Positions 26,089 to 34,641 of a DNA stretch of 41,683 nucleotides are shown piece after piece. Both the position numbers and the translations under genes were made by a program. Location of the stretch: the IMG/VR virus record IMGVR_UViG_3300048597_000189, positions 1 through 41,683 of that record. One strand, given 5' to 3'. The stretch comes from a virus (taxonomy: Duplodnaviria > Caudoviricetes). Each line of letters begins with the position of its first letter. The stretch's first letter is position 1. The notes beneath the pieces were generated by a model that was not told where the DNA came from, made no database searches, and saw only the letters and a list, made by a program, of their open reading frames with translations.

Positions 26089-26662
26089 CTTGGGTCTCCT
26101 TGGGCCGCACGCCGAGGATCTCCGAGCGCAGCCTTGCCGCCTGGTCCGTAGTCAACCCAGTGGCCTTCGCCACATTGTCGATCGCCGCCTCGGCCTTGAG
26201 CTCGAACTCCTGCTCGCGCTTGGCGCGCTGTTGCGCTGAAAGCAGCTGCGCCGCCACGACATGACGATAGCCCCTGGCGATCTCCCCCGCTGTCTTCGCG
26301 TCGATCTCTTCACCCCGCGCCTGGATCGCCGCCCACAGGATGCTCTTGATCATCTCGCCGACGACCAGGTTGCTGTCATCGACGTCCTTGCCGCTGAACT
26401 GATCAGCCACGCCGTTGAGTGAGAGCTTCCAGTCCCGCGCGTCCTGCTTCAACGCCCGCCGCAGCGCGTGCCGGTTGAATGCGCTCCTGGAGATCGCGTC
26501 GACGCCTGCCGCCGCCAGCCGCTCGTTGAGTTCCTCGAGTATCTCCGACTGGACGCGGTCCCGCCTGTCGAGCTCGGCGTCCGCCCACTCGACCGCCGGC
26601 CGGCCCACCTCGGGCACGAGATCGAGCGATGACAGCCACCCTCGGCCCTCGCGCGCCATCAC
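26081..26662 (-). CDS. Terminase small subunit (Mu gp27, DUF3486)
   Basis: SSLDLVP, ISRSAFNRH, C-terminal GLT.....LRSEILG. Confidence 0.85.
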   Translation of the reverse strand: MMAREGRGWLSSLDLVPEVGRPAVEWADAELDRRDRVQSEILEELNERLAAAGVDAISRSAFNRHALRRALKQDARDWKLSLNGVADQFSGKDVDDSNLVVGEMIKSILWAAIQARGEEIDAKTAGEIARGYRHVVAAQLLSAQQRAKREQEFELKAEAAIDNVAKATGLTTDQAARLRSEILGVRPKETQGG

Positions 26663-26962
26663 TCAACCCTCCGGAGCGGATGGGCGCTTGACGCCCTCGA
26701 TGACGATGCGACGCTCGACATGATCGCGTCCCTTGGCGAGGATCTCCGCGACGCGCACCGTGCCGGCCTCGATGACACGGACCGCACCGATCTCTGCAAG
26801 CCAGCGCAGCTCTTCATGAAGCCAGTCGCGCGAGCGTGTGATGCCGAACGCCTCAAGCACGGAGACGAGCAGCGCCGAATTCAGCCGCCCGTCCGGCTGG
26901 CTGTCGAGCTCGCGCAGGATGATGAGCCGCGCCTCGGTGCGGATGATGCGATCCATGCTCAT
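26663..26962 (-). CDS. Mu gp26-like winged-helix protein
   Basis: RLIILREL, ELRWLAEIG, GVKRP. Confidence 0.8.
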   Translation of the reverse strand: MSMDRIIRTEARLIILRELDSQPDGRLNSALLVSVLEAFGITRSRDWLHEELRWLAEIGAVRVIEAGTVRVAEILAKGRDHVERRIVIEGVKRPSAPEG

Positions 26963-27279
26963 CTCGGGCGCTCCATCAGCAGTTCCTGCATCCTCATCGC
27001 GGTGGCGGCGACCGGGCGCAGTTTCTCGTTCATCGCGGCCATCTCTCCCTTCATCTCGACGAGCGAGAGCTCCAGCCGGTGGGTGATCTCCTTGTCCGGC
27101 AGATGAGCGATCTCGCCCTCCAGGGTTGAGACGCGGCCCTCAAGGATCTCGACCTTCTTGGCGACATCACTTAGATCGCCACGCGTCGCGAATTTGGTGC
27201 TGATCAGCAGCACCGCGAATGAGCCGATGAGCGCAAGCGCCCCGCCATACTCATTTGCGAGTTTCAGGAGCTCGGTCAT
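26959..27279 (-). CDS. Mu gp25-like membrane-anchored coiled-coil protein (DUF2730-like)
   Basis: N-terminal TM, coiled coil, HLP motif. Confidence 0.7.
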   Translation of the reverse strand: MTELLKLANEYGGALALIGSFAVLLISTKFATRGDLSDVAKKVEILEGRVSTLEGEIAHLPDKEITHRLELSLVEMKGEMAAMNEKLRPVAATAMRMQELLMERPR

Positions 27280-27321
27280 CGGCCCTCTCGTCCTGTGTCA
27301 ACGGCGCGGGCCGCGATGCGA

Positions 27322-27534
27322 TCAGGACTTGCCGATCAACTTCGATGCGCGCAGGCGACCCCAGATGGCCAGAAGGCCACCCGCCGCCGAGGCGATGGTG
27401 GTGACATGGGCGATGGTGGCGGCCTGGTCGGCGGGGCTCACCTGATAGCCGGCGATGCCGCCGAGCGAGGAGCCGACGGCGATGAGGCCACCCCAGACGG
27501 TGGCGGATGAATACCAGGGCTTCACGTCGTTCAT
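27322..27534 (-). CDS. Putative holin
   Basis: 70 aa; KPWYSSATVWG, two hydrophobic helices, AIWGRLRA; located in the lysis cluster. Confidence 0.65.
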   Translation of the reverse strand: MNDVKPWYSSATVWGGLIAVGSSLGGIAGYQVSPADQAATIAHVTTIASAAGGLLAIWGRLRASKLIGKS

Positions 27535-27579
27535 GTTCTTTCTCCGAAGTGTTGAAGGAGTGTTGAAGGCGGTTTGAAC

Positions 27580-27666
27580 TCAGCGGGGCAGTGACGCCGC
27601 CACGGCGAAGGCCGCGACGGCGATGAGACAGAGCGCGACCAGGACGAGGCGCTCGCGCGGGCTCAT
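27580..27666 (-). CDS. 28-aa hydrophobic peptide in the lysis cassette
   Basis: MSPRERLVLVALCLIAVAAFAVAASLPR; ATGA overlap with the endolysin stop. Confidence 0.4.
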   Translation of the reverse strand: MSPRERLVLVALCLIAVAAFAVAASLPR

Positions 27667-28346
27667 GGCCCGGCCTTGATCGGCTTCGACACCGCCTTCG
27701 CCCATCTCGCGATGCGTTCGGCGAGCGGGGCGGTGACGATGTCGGTCACCTTCTCGCCCTTGGCGGCAAGCGCGGCATGGAGAGCGCGGCGCGTCGCCGG
27801 GCCATACTGGCCGTCGACCTTGATCGGCTGGCCAAGGGCGAAGAGATCGAGCTGCAGGGCGGAGACAGCCTCGCCATGGCTGCCGGGAACCAGCGTCGCG
27901 AGTTCGCGCTCGGTGGGCGCCGGCGGCGCGATCCGCCTGACGGATGTCGTGCCGGGATACTGGGCCCAGGGCAGCTGGAAATGCGGCCCGTCGAAGAACC
28001 CTTTCCAGTCGCCGCCCCATTCGATGGGAACCCCCAGTTCGCGGGCGGCCTGTTTGAAGGCGTCGGCGATGCGGTGGTAGAGAGGCGCCTCCCAGGAGAC
28101 GCGGCCACCGACCATGGCGACGACATCGATGGCGTGACCAAGGCCGTTGGGCGCGGCGAGATGGCGGCTGCGCATCGTGCGGGATGCGCCCTTGCGCACA
28201 AGTTCGCGCTGCCGGTTGAGCGAGCGCACGCCTTCGGTGATCTGGAACGCCTGCGACGAGATTTCGGCGGCGCGCCTGGCTACCTTGACGAGATCGGGAT
28301 GGACGCCCTCAAGGCGCTTCAGCGAGGCGGATGTGAGGCTGGCCAT
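27663..28346 (-). CDS. Endolysin: M15-family peptidase with a peptidoglycan-binding domain
   Basis: LEGVHPDL, ITEGVRS, SRH...GHAID, WGGDW, DGPHFQL; C-terminal GSHGEAV..LQ..L...DGQYGPAT. Confidence 0.93.
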   Translation of the reverse strand: MASLTSASLKRLEGVHPDLVKVARRAAEISSQAFQITEGVRSLNRQRELVRKGASRTMRSRHLAAPNGLGHAIDVVAMVGGRVSWEAPLYHRIADAFKQAARELGVPIEWGGDWKGFFDGPHFQLPWAQYPGTTSVRRIAPPAPTERELATLVPGSHGEAVSALQLDLFALGQPIKVDGQYGPATRRALHAALAAKGEKVTDIVTAPLAERIARWAKAVSKPIKAGP

Positions 28347-28378
28347 GACGGGCTCCCATGCGTGGACGGCATGGGGCG

Positions 28379-28423
28379 ACAATGGCGGTTCGGGGCGCGG
28401 CGCGGCACGTCCCGCCGGCGGGG
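28379..28423 (-). promoter_or_regulatory. Putative late promoter (Plys-like)
   Basis: CCCCGCCGGCGGGACGTG + 21 nt + CATTGT. Confidence 0.6.
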
Positions 28424-28425
28424 CG

Positions 28426-28791
28426 TCAACCCGCCTTGAAAAGATCGAGCTGGGCGCGCGTCTGGCGGTGGCGGGACAGCGTCTCCCAGACGGTATTCTC
28501 GGAGCAGCCCGCCTTCAGCGCGATCTCACGGTAGGAGAGGCCGCGCGCCTTGTAAACCAGCACCCGCCATTCGCGCGCCAGCGGCACCTTGACGGTCTCG
28601 CGGCCATAGGCCTCGGCCAGCCTGGCGGCGGGCTCCACGCCGATGATGTCCGCGACGGTGCGCCCCTCGATGGCCTCCCCGACATAGATGCGGGTGCCGC
28701 CCCGCGCCTCGACCAGAGCGAGCGCGGCCTCCGGACCGACGATGGCGACCAGGCGCGCGACGTCGTCCGTGGCTGGTGGCAGCGCGCTCAA
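28426..28791 (-). CDS. Mor/C-family late transcription activator
   Basis: LVAIVGPEAALALVEARGGTRIYV, C-terminal HTH (GLSYREIALKAGCSENTV); TTG start with GGAGAGG SD; directly upstream of the lysis genes. Confidence 0.85.
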   Translation of the reverse strand: MSALPPATDDVARLVAIVGPEAALALVEARGGTRIYVGEAIEGRTVADIIGVEPAARLAEAYGRETVKVPLAREWRVLVYKARGLSYREIALKAGCSENTVWETLSRHRQTRAQLDLFKAG

Positions 28792-29024
28792 TTTCCTCTC
28801 CCATAGAGCGTCGCCTCGAGCGCCAGCATCTCGCAGATCTTCTGCTTCACCCGATCCTCCAGGACCAGGCGGCGATGCACGTTGGGACGGTAGAGCGCGA
28901 TGTCGGCGCGCAGGCTCTCCACCTCGCGGGCCAACTGCCGGTGCCGCGCCAGCTCCGGCGCGACCAGCAGCGGCGCGTCCTGCGCTATTGACCGTGTGGC
29001 GGGCGGGCGATGGAGGCGCGGCAT
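28788..29024 (-). CDS. Hypothetical protein
   Basis: Coupled overlaps with both neighbours. Confidence 0.6.
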   Translation of the reverse strand: MPRLHRPPATRSIAQDAPLLVAPELARHRQLAREVESLRADIALYRPNVHRRLVLEDRVKQKICEMLALEATLYGRGN

Positions 29025-29269
29025 CAGATGCTCCCCCGGCGATGCGCGTCGAATGGCCCGTCGATGACGGTGACCACCTGGCCGCCCTTGACCACATAGG
29101 AGTGGCCCTCGGCCGTGATCACGTATTCATGCGCGCCGATGCTCGACGCCGCCTGTTCGGCCCGCGCGAGCGAGGCTGCGATGGCGCGCCGCAGCGCCTC
29201 GACATCGAGCCCGCCGGCGCGCTCCAGAAACCGGACAAGGGCGTGATCGGTGACGCGCAGGGTCATCAC
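29024..29269 (-). CDS. Hypothetical phage protein (VTDHA..RFLER motif)
   Basis: Coupled overlaps; motif often seen in small phage proteins. Confidence 0.7.
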   Translation of the reverse strand: MMTLRVTDHALVRFLERAGGLDVEALRRAIAASLARAEQAASSIGAHEYVITAEGHSYVVKGGQVVTVIDGPFDAHRRGSI

Positions 29270-29574
29270 GCGCTCCCTCCGCTCAATGGGGTAGGGTCAC
29301 GGTCAATGGGGTATTCGGCAGGGCGATCATGCCCTGTTGACGCCGCCGCTGGCGTGACGGTCTCGATCACCAGCTTGAGGTCTTTGTATCTGGCGGCGCA
29401 GCCCTTGATGATCGCGTCAGCGCCCTGCCGCGAGCAGACATAGGCGTCGCCCGCGCGCCGCGTGAATGCAAAGCCGCTGATCCTGTTGGTGGCCGACAGG
29501 ACCAACCAGCCCATATCCTCGTCGGCATAGCGCCGGCTGATCTGTGTGACGCGGATGCGGCAGCGCTCGCTCAC
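29266..29574 (-). CDS. Hypothetical protein
   Basis: GTGA overlap at the start; protein-like C-terminal part of ORF 29266..30042. Confidence 0.55.
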   Translation of the reverse strand: MSERCRIRVTQISRRYADEDMGWLVLSATNRISGFAFTRRAGDAYVCSRQGADAIIKGCAARYKDLKLVIETVTPAAASTGHDRPAEYPIDRDPTPLSGGSA

Positions 29575-29825
29575 CGGAAGCTCTCCCTGAGCACGAGCGC
29601 GCCGAGCATGAGGGTGCGCGCGCATGCCGCCGGCGTTTGGCCGTCCGCACGTGCGGCCTCGATCAGCCGTGCGAAATCGGCATCCGACAGATGTAGCTCG
29701 ACGATGCGCGTCATCGGATGCTCGGTGTCGCGGTGCTCGACCTGCCCGGCCTTGTTGGCCAGCAGGATGCCGTCCATCTCGGCGGCATAGGTGCCGCAGG
29801 TGTAGGCGCGCTGCCCCGCCATCAC
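29571..29825 (-). CDS. Hypothetical protein, possibly DNA-binding
   Basis: Coupled overlaps; VELHLSDADFARLIEAARADG. Confidence 0.55.
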   Translation of the reverse strand: MMAGQRAYTCGTYAAEMDGILLANKAGQVEHRDTEHPMTRIVELHLSDADFARLIEAARADGQTPAACARTLMLGALVLRESFR

Positions 29826-30802
29826 GCGGCCCTCGCCCTGGCGTCGTCGGCGACGGATTGGCGCAGCGCGAGGATGAGGCGCGAGGCGACATGCTCCGGC
29901 GAGCAGCGGTTACGCAGCGCCGTGCCCTCGAGCCAGCGATAGAGGCTCTCTGACACCGGGATGGTGACGTGGCGGGGGCTGAGCGCGACGGGCGTGTCGC
30001 GGGCCGGCTCCTGCGCCGATGCGGCCTCGCGCCCCGCTTCAAGCCTCGCCTTCAACTGCTGTTCAACCCTCGCCGCCAGTTCGGCGTTGCGGTCATTGGC
30101 GGTGGCGAGCGCGGCCTCGGCGGTGGCGAAGTTGGCCCTTGCCTCGTCGAGCTGCTCCCCACTCCTGTCGAGTGACTGGTGCATCTCCAGGACGGCGGCC
30201 TTGGCCGCTTCGACCTCCTTCGCCCATTCCTGGCATGACGCCGAAACGCCATCACAATCCCTGCGCAGCCGGGCGATCTCGTCGGCCGCAGCCTCGTTGA
30301 CGCAGAGCAGGCGGTTGATCTCGGTGCGGGCCTCGGCCAGCAGCGCCTCCAGTCCGGCGATGCGGGCGTCGTCGTCGGCCTGCACCTGCATCACGCCCTC
30401 GATAACGCTGGCGGGCGCAACGAGCGGGTCTGAAATGTCCTCCGCCGCATTCGAGGGCGCGGAAATTTCCGCCGCACCCACCTCGCGCACCAACGCGACC
30501 GGGTTGCCCTCCGCATCGACATGATGCAGCGCGAGCATGTCGGCGTCGTCGAACATCGGCGCGACGCCGAGCGCGGCCATCCGCAGGGCGAGCTTGTCCC
30601 ATTGGCCGCACACCCATTCAGGATCCACAGCCTCCCAGAGTTCGTCGCAGCAAAATTCGAGCGAGGGCGTGACGGCGCCGTCGAGCCACTCCAGCAGCAT
30701 CGCCTGCGTGGCGGTGAGTTTCAGGGTGCGCCCGCCGCGCGAAACGGTGCGCGCCCCGCCGTCGAAGCGCAGATCAACCGCCTTGAAATCAACCATTGGC
30801 AT
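29822..30802 (-). CDS. Hypothetical protein with winged-helix-like N-terminus and long coiled coil
   Basis: [20 protein letters not shown] resembles OmpR-type wHTH; heptad-rich middle region. Confidence 0.65.
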   Translation of the reverse strand: MPMVDFKAVDLRFDGGARTVSRGGRTLKLTATQAMLLEWLDGAVTPSLEFCCDELWEAVDPEWVCGQWDKLALRMAALGVAPMFDDADMLALHHVDAEGNPVALVREVGAAEISAPSNAAEDISDPLVAPASVIEGVMQVQADDDARIAGLEALLAEARTEINRLLCVNEAAADEIARLRRDCDGVSASCQEWAKEVEAAKAAVLEMHQSLDRSGEQLDEARANFATAEAALATANDRNAELAARVEQQLKARLEAGREAASAQEPARDTPVALSPRHVTIPVSESLYRWLEGTALRNRCSPEHVASRLILALRQSVADDARARAA

Positions 30803-31214
30803 GATCGCCTCCCTTGATGCGTTTGATCCATGATTTCAGCGCCTCGGCGCATTTCTGGCTCTGCTCGACCGTCAGGAACTCGGGCGCGGAGACGCCGGTC
30901 TGACGGGCGACCCACGCCCGCAGCGCCTTGGCTCCGGGCGCGCCTTTGACCACCGCGCCGCGCGTCTGGAGATCGCCCCAGAGGGCGTAGACCAGCCGCA
31001 CATGGGCGGGGCGCTGCTTGCGCGGCGCGGCCGCACGTGCGGCCGGCTGGAAGCCGAGCGCCACGAACCCCTCCAGCGCGGTGGCGCGCTCGCCCTCGGA
31101 CATGTCGGCGGCCGAGCGTTTGCCGGTGCGGGCCTCCAGCACCGCGCGATACTCCTCGACCGTGAGGCCGAGCTTGGCGCGTGCAATGTGCAGCTGTGCA
31201 GTGAGGCGGCTCAT
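30789..31214 (-). CDS. gemA: GemA family protein (Mu gp16, DUF1018)
   Basis: LHIARAKLGL..EEYRAVL...TGKRSAADM, ALWGDL, EALKSW. Confidence 0.92.
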   Translation of the reverse strand: MSRLTAQLHIARAKLGLTVEEYRAVLEARTGKRSAADMSEGERATALEGFVALGFQPAARAAAPRKQRPAHVRLVYALWGDLQTRGAVVKGAPGAKALRAWVARQTGVSAPEFLTVEQSQKCAEALKSWIKRIKGGDHANG

Positions 31215-31492
31215 GGCGCGCGCTCCCCGTCGATCTCCAGCCCCTCGGACGTGACCTCCGGCTCTGCCACGAGGTTGACGCGCCAGAACGCGTCGCGTTC
31301 AAAGATCATCACGCTCGGCTCCTCGCGCCCGAGTTGCCATGCCGCGAAAGCCGCGACGAGGCCGACGAGGCCGGCCATGACCATCTGGCCGAGATGGCCG
31401 ATGCTCGCGCCCCAGACCAGCAAGCTGAGGCAGACGCCCGCGAGCGCGACGCAGGCGAGCGCCATCGGGTCCAGAATGCAGACGCGCCTCAT
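31211..31492 (-). CDS. Hypothetical membrane protein
   Basis: Two hydrophobic helices; ATGA overlaps. Confidence 0.6.
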   Translation of the reverse strand: MRRVCILDPMALACVALAGVCLSLLVWGASIGHLGQMVMAGLVGLVAAFAAWQLGREEPSVMIFERDAFWRVNLVAEPEVTSEGLEIDGERAP

Positions 31493-31854
31493 GATGCGCT
31501 CCTCGCAGTGCTCGGAGCGGTGGCGTAGCCAATCTTTTCTGATGTGCGCTCGAATTTCTCCCGAACGCATGTCGCCAAATCGAGGCCGGCGGCCTGCGTG
31601 AGCAGGTCGAGGTAGATGTAGACATCCGCCAACTCCTCGCCGAGTGCAAAGAGTAGGTGGCCCTGGCTCAGCCCCTTGCCAGGGACACCATCTCGGGCGC
31701 GGTTCATCTCCTTGACGACGCCGCACGCTTCGCCGAGTTCACCCTGCACGGCCACTAGCCATTCGGAGAGAGACCAGCCCTTGATCGGATGCCGGAAGCC
31801 GTCTGCGGCCTCGCAGCGCGCTCGGTTCTCGCGCGAAAACTCCTGCATGTTCAT
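31489..31854 (-). CDS. MazG-like nucleotide pyrophosphohydrolase
   Basis: GELGEAC...K and EELADVYIY acidic motifs; EKF. Confidence 0.85.
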   Translation of the reverse strand: MNMQEFSRENRARCEAADGFRHPIKGWSLSEWLVAVQGELGEACGVVKEMNRARDGVPGKGLSQGHLLFALGEELADVYIYLDLLTQAAGLDLATCVREKFERTSEKIGYATAPSTARSAS

Positions 31855-32075
31855 CACGCGGCCCTCGCGCGCTGGATGGTCTCGGCACATCCGAGTTCCA
31901 TGTCCTCGATCGGGACCGAGTAGCGTCGATCCTCGACCTGCACCTGACAGCGCGCGGCCGAGAGGATGCGCGTGACGCGGCCCTTGAGCAGGATTTCGCC
32001 GCGCTCCCAATCCTGCACGCGGATGGTGACGGTGTCGCCGGCGGAGAAGGGATTATCGGTGGTGTGATTGGTCAT
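31854..32075 (-). CDS. Hypothetical protein
   Basis: AAGGAG SD; small beta-rich ORF. Confidence 0.6.
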   Translation of the reverse strand: MTNHTTDNPFSAGDTVTIRVQDWERGEILLKGRVTRILSAARCQVQVEDRRYSVPIEDMELGCAETIQRARAA

Positions 32076-32092
32076 GGTAGTTCTCCTTGGTT

Positions 32093-32359
32093 TCATGGGG
32101 CAGGCAGCAGGCGCGGACGCTGGCGGACGGGATCGGCATGTAGGATCACGTCGTCGGCGCGGATGGTGGTGAGCTCGCAAGGGGACTGATCGTCGGGTGC
32201 TGACAGCAGCCACTTTTTGCGGCTGCCGAGGTAATCCGGTCGGGCGCGCTGGGCGCGCTCCATGATGCGGACGAGGGAGAGCCCGTCCGAGAGCGGCAGG
32301 ATGTAATCTTCAAACCCGACGCGCACTGCGCAGAGGGGACCGGAGGAGCGCTTGGTCAT
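32093..32359 (-). CDS. Hypothetical protein
   Basis: GAGG SD; ATGA overlap. Confidence 0.6.
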   Translation of the reverse strand: MTKRSSGPLCAVRVGFEDYILPLSDGLSLVRIMERAQRARPDYLGSRKKWLLSAPDDQSPCELTTIRADDVILHADPVRQRPRLLPAP

Positions 32360-32592
32360 CCCTCCTCTCCCCCGGCCTTAAGGGCGGCGGCGAGTGCAAG
32401 GATCAGGTCAACACCGAGGGCGGACACGCCCTCGCGCAGTTCAACGGCCATGCATGGCGTGATCCAGACCTTGCCGTCACGGCTCAGACCGTAGCCAGTC
32501 TCGTTCAGGACCTCGATCAGGAAGCCAGTGTCGACCTCCATCTCGCGAGCGATCTCGCTGGCCGTGACGGCGGTGATGATTGTCAGTGCCAT
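32356..32592 (-). CDS. Hypothetical protein
   Basis: GGAGG SD before MALTIITAV. Confidence 0.6.
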   Translation of the reverse strand: MALTIITAVTASEIAREMEVDTGFLIEVLNETGYGLSRDGKVWITPCMAVELREGVSALGVDLILALAAALKAGGEEG

Positions 32593-32603
32593 CGTCGCCT
32601 CCC

Positions 32604-33134
32604 TCACGCTGCCGACTGGGCGGAAAGCTCCGCCTCGAAGGGTTCGACGATGAAGTCCTCGCCCTCGCTGGCGACTGTCACACCCTGGATGGCGCCGGCG
32701 GCGACGCGGTCGGCGAGCATCGCCTCCTTGTTCACCTCCTCGGTGGTGCGGATGAACCTGCCGAGGCCCAGCGATTTCAGCCGCTCGATAATCTCTTCGG
32801 CCTTGCCGCGGAGGTTCACCTTTGCGGGGCGAAGCCGCCACGACACCTTGCCGGTGCCGAGATCCGCGGTCTTGGTCTTGCCGCCGCCGGTGAGGGCGTC
32901 GCGGTTGGCCTCGCACCACAATTTGAGGCCCTCGGTGCATGCCTTCACGGCGTCCTTCAGCGGCGCGGCCTCGGCCTCCGCCGTCTCCTTCAGCGCCGCT
33001 ATGCGGTCGTTCAAGGTGAGTTCAATCCGCGCGATCTCGCGGTTGGTGTCGCCGATGGTGCGGATGGCGGTCGCAGCCTCGTCGCGGCTCTGCGGGACGG
33101 GGAGGTTCGCCCCGCGCGTTTTCTGCTTAGCCAT
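32604..33134 (-). CDS. gam: Host-nuclease inhibitor Gam
   Basis: VPQSRDEA, WCEANRDALT.GGKTKT..LGTGKVSWR, EEVNKEAML, EDFIVEP. Confidence 0.95.
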   Translation of the reverse strand: MAKQKTRGANLPVPQSRDEAATAIRTIGDTNREIARIELTLNDRIAALKETAEAEAAPLKDAVKACTEGLKLWCEANRDALTGGGKTKTADLGTGKVSWRLRPAKVNLRGKAEEIIERLKSLGLGRFIRTTEEVNKEAMLADRVAAGAIQGVTVASEGEDFIVEPFEAELSAQSAA

Positions 33135-33663
33135 GGAGGGCCTCCTTGATGGGTCCGAAATGAGGGGTGATGGGCAGCGCCAGCGGGGCCGGCGGGGCGG
33201 TGTCGGGCGTCTCGTCGGGGCCGGCCATGGCGACGATCCACGCCGCCATGGCGATGATCTCGCGGGTGGTGGCGGCGACCGCCTGCCGCTCCGGCGAGGC
33301 GGCGATGGCGCGGGCGATCTCGACCGCATCGACAGCGCGGATGAGGCGCAGCACGCCGACCTGGGCCAGCCGCTCGACCAGCGCACGTGCGGTGGCGAGC
33401 TCGGCCGCATAGGCCGGATCGGAGGCGGCGAGCGCGCGCGCCGCCTCCATCGCGTAATGGACCGATGAGTGATCCCGGCAGGCGAGCGCCCGGCCGATCT
33501 GCGGCAGGCCCGCGCCTGTCACCTCGGCGGCGATGAGCATCGCCATCCAGCGGGCGCGCACGACCTCGCGCTGGCGCTGGCCGCCGACGATCTGCGCCTC
33601 GGTGACGCCGGCGCTCGCCGCGACCACGGCGAGGATCTGCGCGATGGTGACGCCGGCGCTCAT
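33127..33663 (-). CDS. Protein with DnaA C-terminal (domain IV) HTH
   Basis: R.R.VVRARWMAM....TGAGLPQIGRAL..RDHSSV matches the DnaA domain IV signature. Confidence 0.85.
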   Translation of the reverse strand: MSAGVTIAQILAVVAASAGVTEAQIVGGQRQREVVRARWMAMLIAAEVTGAGLPQIGRALACRDHSSVHYAMEAARALAASDPAYAAELATARALVERLAQVGVLRLIRAVDAVEIARAIAASPERQAVAATTREIIAMAAWIVAMAGPDETPDTAPPAPLALPITPHFGPIKEALHG

Positions 33664-34250
33664 GCCGCGTCCCCATCGTCAGGGCCGCCGCAGGTGCTGC
33701 GGGTGCGGGTGATGCGTCCCCGGTCGATATAGGGGAAAATCAGGACGTCGTTGCCGCAGCCGCCACGCCGCTCCAACTCCTCGATGCGCTGCTCATTGGC
33801 CTCGATGGCCCGCTGCATCTCCCGGTGCTCGCGGGTGAGCGCCTCGCGCAGATCCACGAGATTGCCGGCGGACCTCTCGTCACCGACCGTGTTGTCGAGC
33901 GCCATGATGTCCCGCGCCAGACGCTCGGCCTTGGCGCAGTCGATGCTGGCGGCGCCGGGACGCGTGACCTGATCCGGGCCGCTGGCATCGCGCGAGAGGC
34001 GGACGGGCCCGGTGGGGGCCGCGCCGATCTCGCCGGATTTGGCGTGGGCGATCAGGTCGCAATCGCGGGCGATGGTCTCCATCTCCACGAGGCGCGCCTC
34101 GAGCGCATGTGCGGCTCGGGACATCTCCTGCAGGCCGGCGAACAGGCCGGCGAGCGCATCGACGCTGGGCCGCTGGTTGCTGGCGACATAGCGCCGCATC
34201 ACGCGGGCGAGATCGTCCAGACGGGTGGAGAGGGGGAGCGCCTCAGACAT
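33660..34250 (-). CDS. Hypothetical protein
   Basis: Coupled ORF in the early operon. Confidence 0.65.
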   Translation of the reverse strand: MSEALPLSTRLDDLARVMRRYVASNQRPSVDALAGLFAGLQEMSRAAHALEARLVEMETIARDCDLIAHAKSGEIGAAPTGPVRLSRDASGPDQVTRPGAASIDCAKAERLARDIMALDNTVGDERSAGNLVDLREALTREHREMQRAIEANEQRIEELERRGGCGNDVLIFPYIDRGRITRTRSTCGGPDDGDAA

Positions 34251-34641
34251 CGGCGGCCTCCCGACGGTTGGGGCAGCGCGGGCATGCGCGATGGAGCCTG
34301 ACGCGCGCCGGATTGGCCGAAGAGAACGGGCGCCTCTGGTTGGCGAGGCAGGCGTCGCGCCCGATCTCGCCGAGCACCGGGCAACTCACCATCTCGCCCA
34401 TCAGCGCGCCACGGATCTTGGCGAAGACGAGGTCGGTGTCACCCGGATATTTGGCGGCCAGCACATGGCTGATGACGGCCGGCGAGTAGCCAAGCTCGCC
34501 AGACACCTTGCGGGCGGTGCGCGCCGCGCAGGCCTCAGCCAACGCGATCACCTCGGGTGGAGTGGGCTCGCCCCAAGCGCTTGCGGCGCGGGCGAGAAAA
34601 TCGGTGCTGCTGGCCGCGCCAGCCTTGGGGCCGCGCTTCAT
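34243..34641 (-). CDS. HTH plus Cys-cluster protein of Mu-like early operons
   Basis: LGYSPAVIS.VL..KYPGD, CPVLGEI, CPRCP. Confidence 0.8.
   Translation of the reverse strand: MKRGPKAGAASSTDFLARAASAWGEPTPPEVIALAEACAARTARKVSGELGYSPAVISHVLAAKYPGDTDLVFAKIRGALMGEMVSCPVLGEIGRDACLANQRRPFSSANPARVRLHRACPRCPNRREAADV

Noticed and set aside
29024-29269. RelE-like toxin
   Set aside because: Only a short VTDHA motif; no clear antitoxin partner or further support.
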